Assembly: GCA_950097015.1 (NCBI GenBank)
Contig: CATNEN010000039.1
Coordinates: 15,500,001-15,564,000, forward strand
DNA length: 64,000 nt
Reading direction: 5' to 3'
Source: Macrostomum hystrix
Taxonomy: Eukaryota > Animalia > Platyhelminthes
Of this stretch, positions 61,601 through 64,000 are shown piece after piece. A program made the position numbers and the translations under genes. Every line of letters starts with the position of its first letter. Position 1 is the stretch's first letter. The notes under the pieces were generated by a model, which was given only the letters and a program-made list of their open reading frames with translations, was not told where the DNA came from and ran no database searches.

Positions 61601-63773
61601 AGCTGGATGGATGGGAAGAGAGCTGGATGGATGGGAGAGAGCTGGATGGATGGGAAGAGAGTTGGATGGATGGGAGAGAGCTGGATGGATGGGAAGAGAG
61701 CTGGATGGATGGGAGAGAGCTGGATGGATGGGAGAGAGCTGGATGGATGGAAAGAGAGCTGGATGGATGGGAAGAGAGCTGGATAGATGGGAAGAGAGCT
61801 GGATGGAGGGGAAGAGAGCTGGATGGATGGGAAGAGAGCTGGATGGATGGGAGAGAGCTGGATGGATGGGAAGAGAGTGGAGCAGAATTTCCACAGCTAT
61901 CCACAGTGGTGACGCATGAACTAGTTATGGCAGTAATACACGGCGAACAAGGTAGGCCGTCAAAGATAAGAGTAGAAAATATTGAAAGGCAAAGAATCGA
62001 GTGCATAGTGTCCTGTCCTCTCCTGTCTGGCAGCGTGTGCCCCAGACAACAATGATCGATGAATCAGTCATCGGATTGGGACTGCATAGTGGGCAATGGG
62101 AGCCGTATCTGCTGGGAGGACTGGGAGCTGGGATAGAGAGTTTAGAGATGGGAAAATTCAGGAAGAGAAACTCAGGCGTGAATCGTGGGCCAGCGAAGGA
62201 TATTCTTGTTAATGCAGAATTTGGGGATATCTGCGCACGCTGCCCCTGTTCCTTCTAGGACATATAGAATTCTAATCGATACACGCGAGGGGCAAAGAGA
62301 TATAGGAATAGTTTTGAGTGAGGCACTGCAGGAGGCATGGGGTCCCTTGGTTTAGCTTCTCTTCGAACCGAATCTCTATTTAATATCGCCTATTCGCTTG
62401 CATGCTATTGGATTGCGCACAACATTTATCCCCTAAATTATAGGGAAACTTTACATTATAGCGCCCTGCAGCCCATATGGAATCCGTGCGGCAGTTTTTC
62501 GAGGTCCTGATTTTTCAATCCCATCGAATTGCATTGCTAAGGGAGGCAAAAAGTGCATTTCACACTGCTTCGCTTAGCTTTCAAAGTTCTGTTAAACCAC
62601 AAAATTCTCTCTTTCCCTCCATCCAACTCTCTTCCCCTCCTTGAAACTCTCTTCCGCCTTCATCCAACTCTCTTCCCCTCCACCCAACTCTCTTCCCCTT
62701 CATCCAACTCTCTTCCCCTCCATTCAACTCTCTTCCCCTCCATTCAACTCTCTTTCCATCCTTGAAACTCTCTTCCGCCTTCATCCAACTCTCTTCCTCT
62801 CCACCCAACTCTCTTCCCCTCCACCCAACTCTCTTCACCTCCACCCAACTCTCTTCCCCTTCATCCAACTCTCTTCCTCTCCACCCAACTCTCTTCCCCT
62901 CCACCCAACTCTCTTCACCTCCACCCAACTCTCTTCCCCTTCATCCAACTCTTTTCTCCTTCATCCAACTCTTTTCTCCTTCATCCAACTCTCTTCCCCT
63001 CCATTCAACTCTCTTCCCCTCCATTCAACTCTCTTCCCCTCCATTCAACTCTCTTCCCCTCCATTCAACTCTCTTCCCCTCCATTCAACTCTCTTCCCCT
63101 CCATTCAACTCTCATTCCCCTCCATTCAACTCTCTTCCCATCCATCCAACTCTCTTCCCCTCCATCCAACTCTCTTCCCCTTCATCCAACTCTCCTCCTC
63201 TCCATTCCACTCTATTCCCCTCCATTCCACTCTATTCCCCTCCATTCAACTCTATTCCCCTCCATTCAACTCTCTTCCCCTCCATTCAACTCTCTTCCCC
63301 TCCATTCAACTCTCTTCCCCTCCATTCAACTCTCATTCCCCTCCATTCAACTCTCTTCCCATCCATCCAACTCTCTTCCCCTCCATCCAACTCTCTTCCC
63401 CTTCATCCAACTCTCCTCCTCTCCATTCCACTCTATTCCCCTCCATTCCACTCTATTCCCCTCCATTCAACTCTATTCCCCTCCATTCAACTCTCTTCCA
63501 CTCCATCCAACTCTCTTCCCCACCATCCAACTCATTTCCCTACTCTAAACTTTCTTCCCATCCTTGAAACTCTCTTCCCTTTCATCCAGTTCTCATTCTA
63601 TCGCACTATACTAAAAAAGCATTCAGTACATGTAGACCACTCAGCACTCACCTTGAGAACTCGTCCTCGAGCAGGTGCGGATCTGGCGGGTAGAACTTCA
63701 CCGAGAAGTAGAAAACCAGCTCGGTTGATGAAGGACACTGCTTGGGCAGTGTTTTTGTGTGATCTAGCCAGCA
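43665..63773 (-). CDS. FARP/FRMD7-like FERM + FERM-adjacent protein with long low-complexity tail; 5' exons outside window
   Basis: In-phase exons 63773-63652, 61197-61100, 55875-55749, 55289-55202, 55135-54980, 49190-49030, 48516-48439, 46204-44521, 43979-43665. Motifs [64 protein letters not shown]. The last two acceptors are inferred from phase. Confidence 0.88.
46274..48070. repeat. 24-bp intronic minisatellite
   Basis: gagctacagaatcYggtcctcaat units. Confidence 0.95.
48785..48965. repeat. 23-bp intronic minisatellite
   Basis: cagaattatcccWactgatcctt units. Confidence 0.9.
49422..51935. repeat. 16-bp pyrimidine-rich intronic minisatellite
   Basis: tctcatctctcccctg units. Confidence 0.95.
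52718..53710. repeat. 30-bp intronic minisatellite, highly homogeneous
   Basis: gattgggttcctgagagtctccgc(tt/ac)atct units. Confidence 0.95.
55333..55690. repeat. 28-bp intronic minisatellite
   Basis: ctgataagcgatggtccaacccctcact units. Confidence 0.95.
56655..58725 (+). repeat. 23-bp minisatellite (left arm of inverted pair)
   Basis: gaaggatctgaggtggcctcact units. Confidence 0.95.
59078..60137 (-). repeat. Inverted 23-bp array grading into a 15-bp array (right arm)
   Basis: agtgagtccacctcagatccttc to ~59595, then cacactcagatccgt units. Confidence 0.95.
60690..61065. repeat. 56-bp intronic tandem repeat
   Basis: ctaaggacagccaccccacttatcgacagtatggacatccacctcactcctcgacc units. Confidence 0.9.
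61283..61878 (+). repeat. 19-20-bp purine-rich minisatellite (left arm of second inverted pair)
   Basis: gctggatggatgggaagaga units. Confidence 0.95.
62605..63590 (-). repeat. 20-bp pyrimidine-rich minisatellite (right arm, complementary to 61283-61878)
   Basis: ccatYcaactctcttcccct units. Confidence 0.95.
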
Positions 63774-64000
63774 CTGGAAGTCGCCCAATTCGGACAGGTT
63801 TGAGGCGAGCAATTTAGCAAAGAGTGGAACTTTAAAATGTGACTTGTCCAGCTACTTCTAAAAGCTTTAGTGGCAGCTTAGCTTTGCTTAATTGACGGCC
63901 TCTACACAAAAAACGAAAACTTTTTCAGTTGAAGGGGAAGAATAAATTTAGGTGTCTTGTCAGCCCTGTGGAAAGTTTCAAATTACTGATTGAGAAACAT

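Noticed and set aside
46247-63567. Long repetitive ORFs (597, 862, 616, 417, 356, 308 aa, etc.)
   Set aside because: Stop-free satellite units within FERM-gene introns.

Overview
Eukaryotic (animal) genomic DNA with GT-AG introns. The style (minisatellite-filled introns, Q/A/P-rich exons) suggests a flatworm such as Macrostomum; this is inference only. The first ~33 kb is a dense nest of transposons: (1) animal-type CACTA/EnSpm elements with CCC termini, carrying a transposase plus a DUF4806-like partner gene; (2) a complete THAP/P-superfamily element with 8-bp TSD and an intact 4-exon transposase; (3) MITEs with 8-bp TSDs and hAT fragments; (4) a 5'-truncated RTE LINE; (5) a young Gypsy-type LTR element (653-bp LTRs, tRNA-Leu PBS, 4-bp TSD) that encodes integrase and two orphan ORFs but no recognisable Gag, protease, RT or RNase H. 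The second half holds two convergent host genes: a 5-exon prolyl oligopeptidase (+) that lacks a genomic ATG, and a FARP/FRMD7-like FERM-FA gene (-). Most of their introns carry a distinct minisatellite, and two FERM introns carry inverted (complementary) satellite arrays able to form long pre-mRNA hairpins. Most long ORFs in the track beyond 35.8 kb are satellite artefacts.
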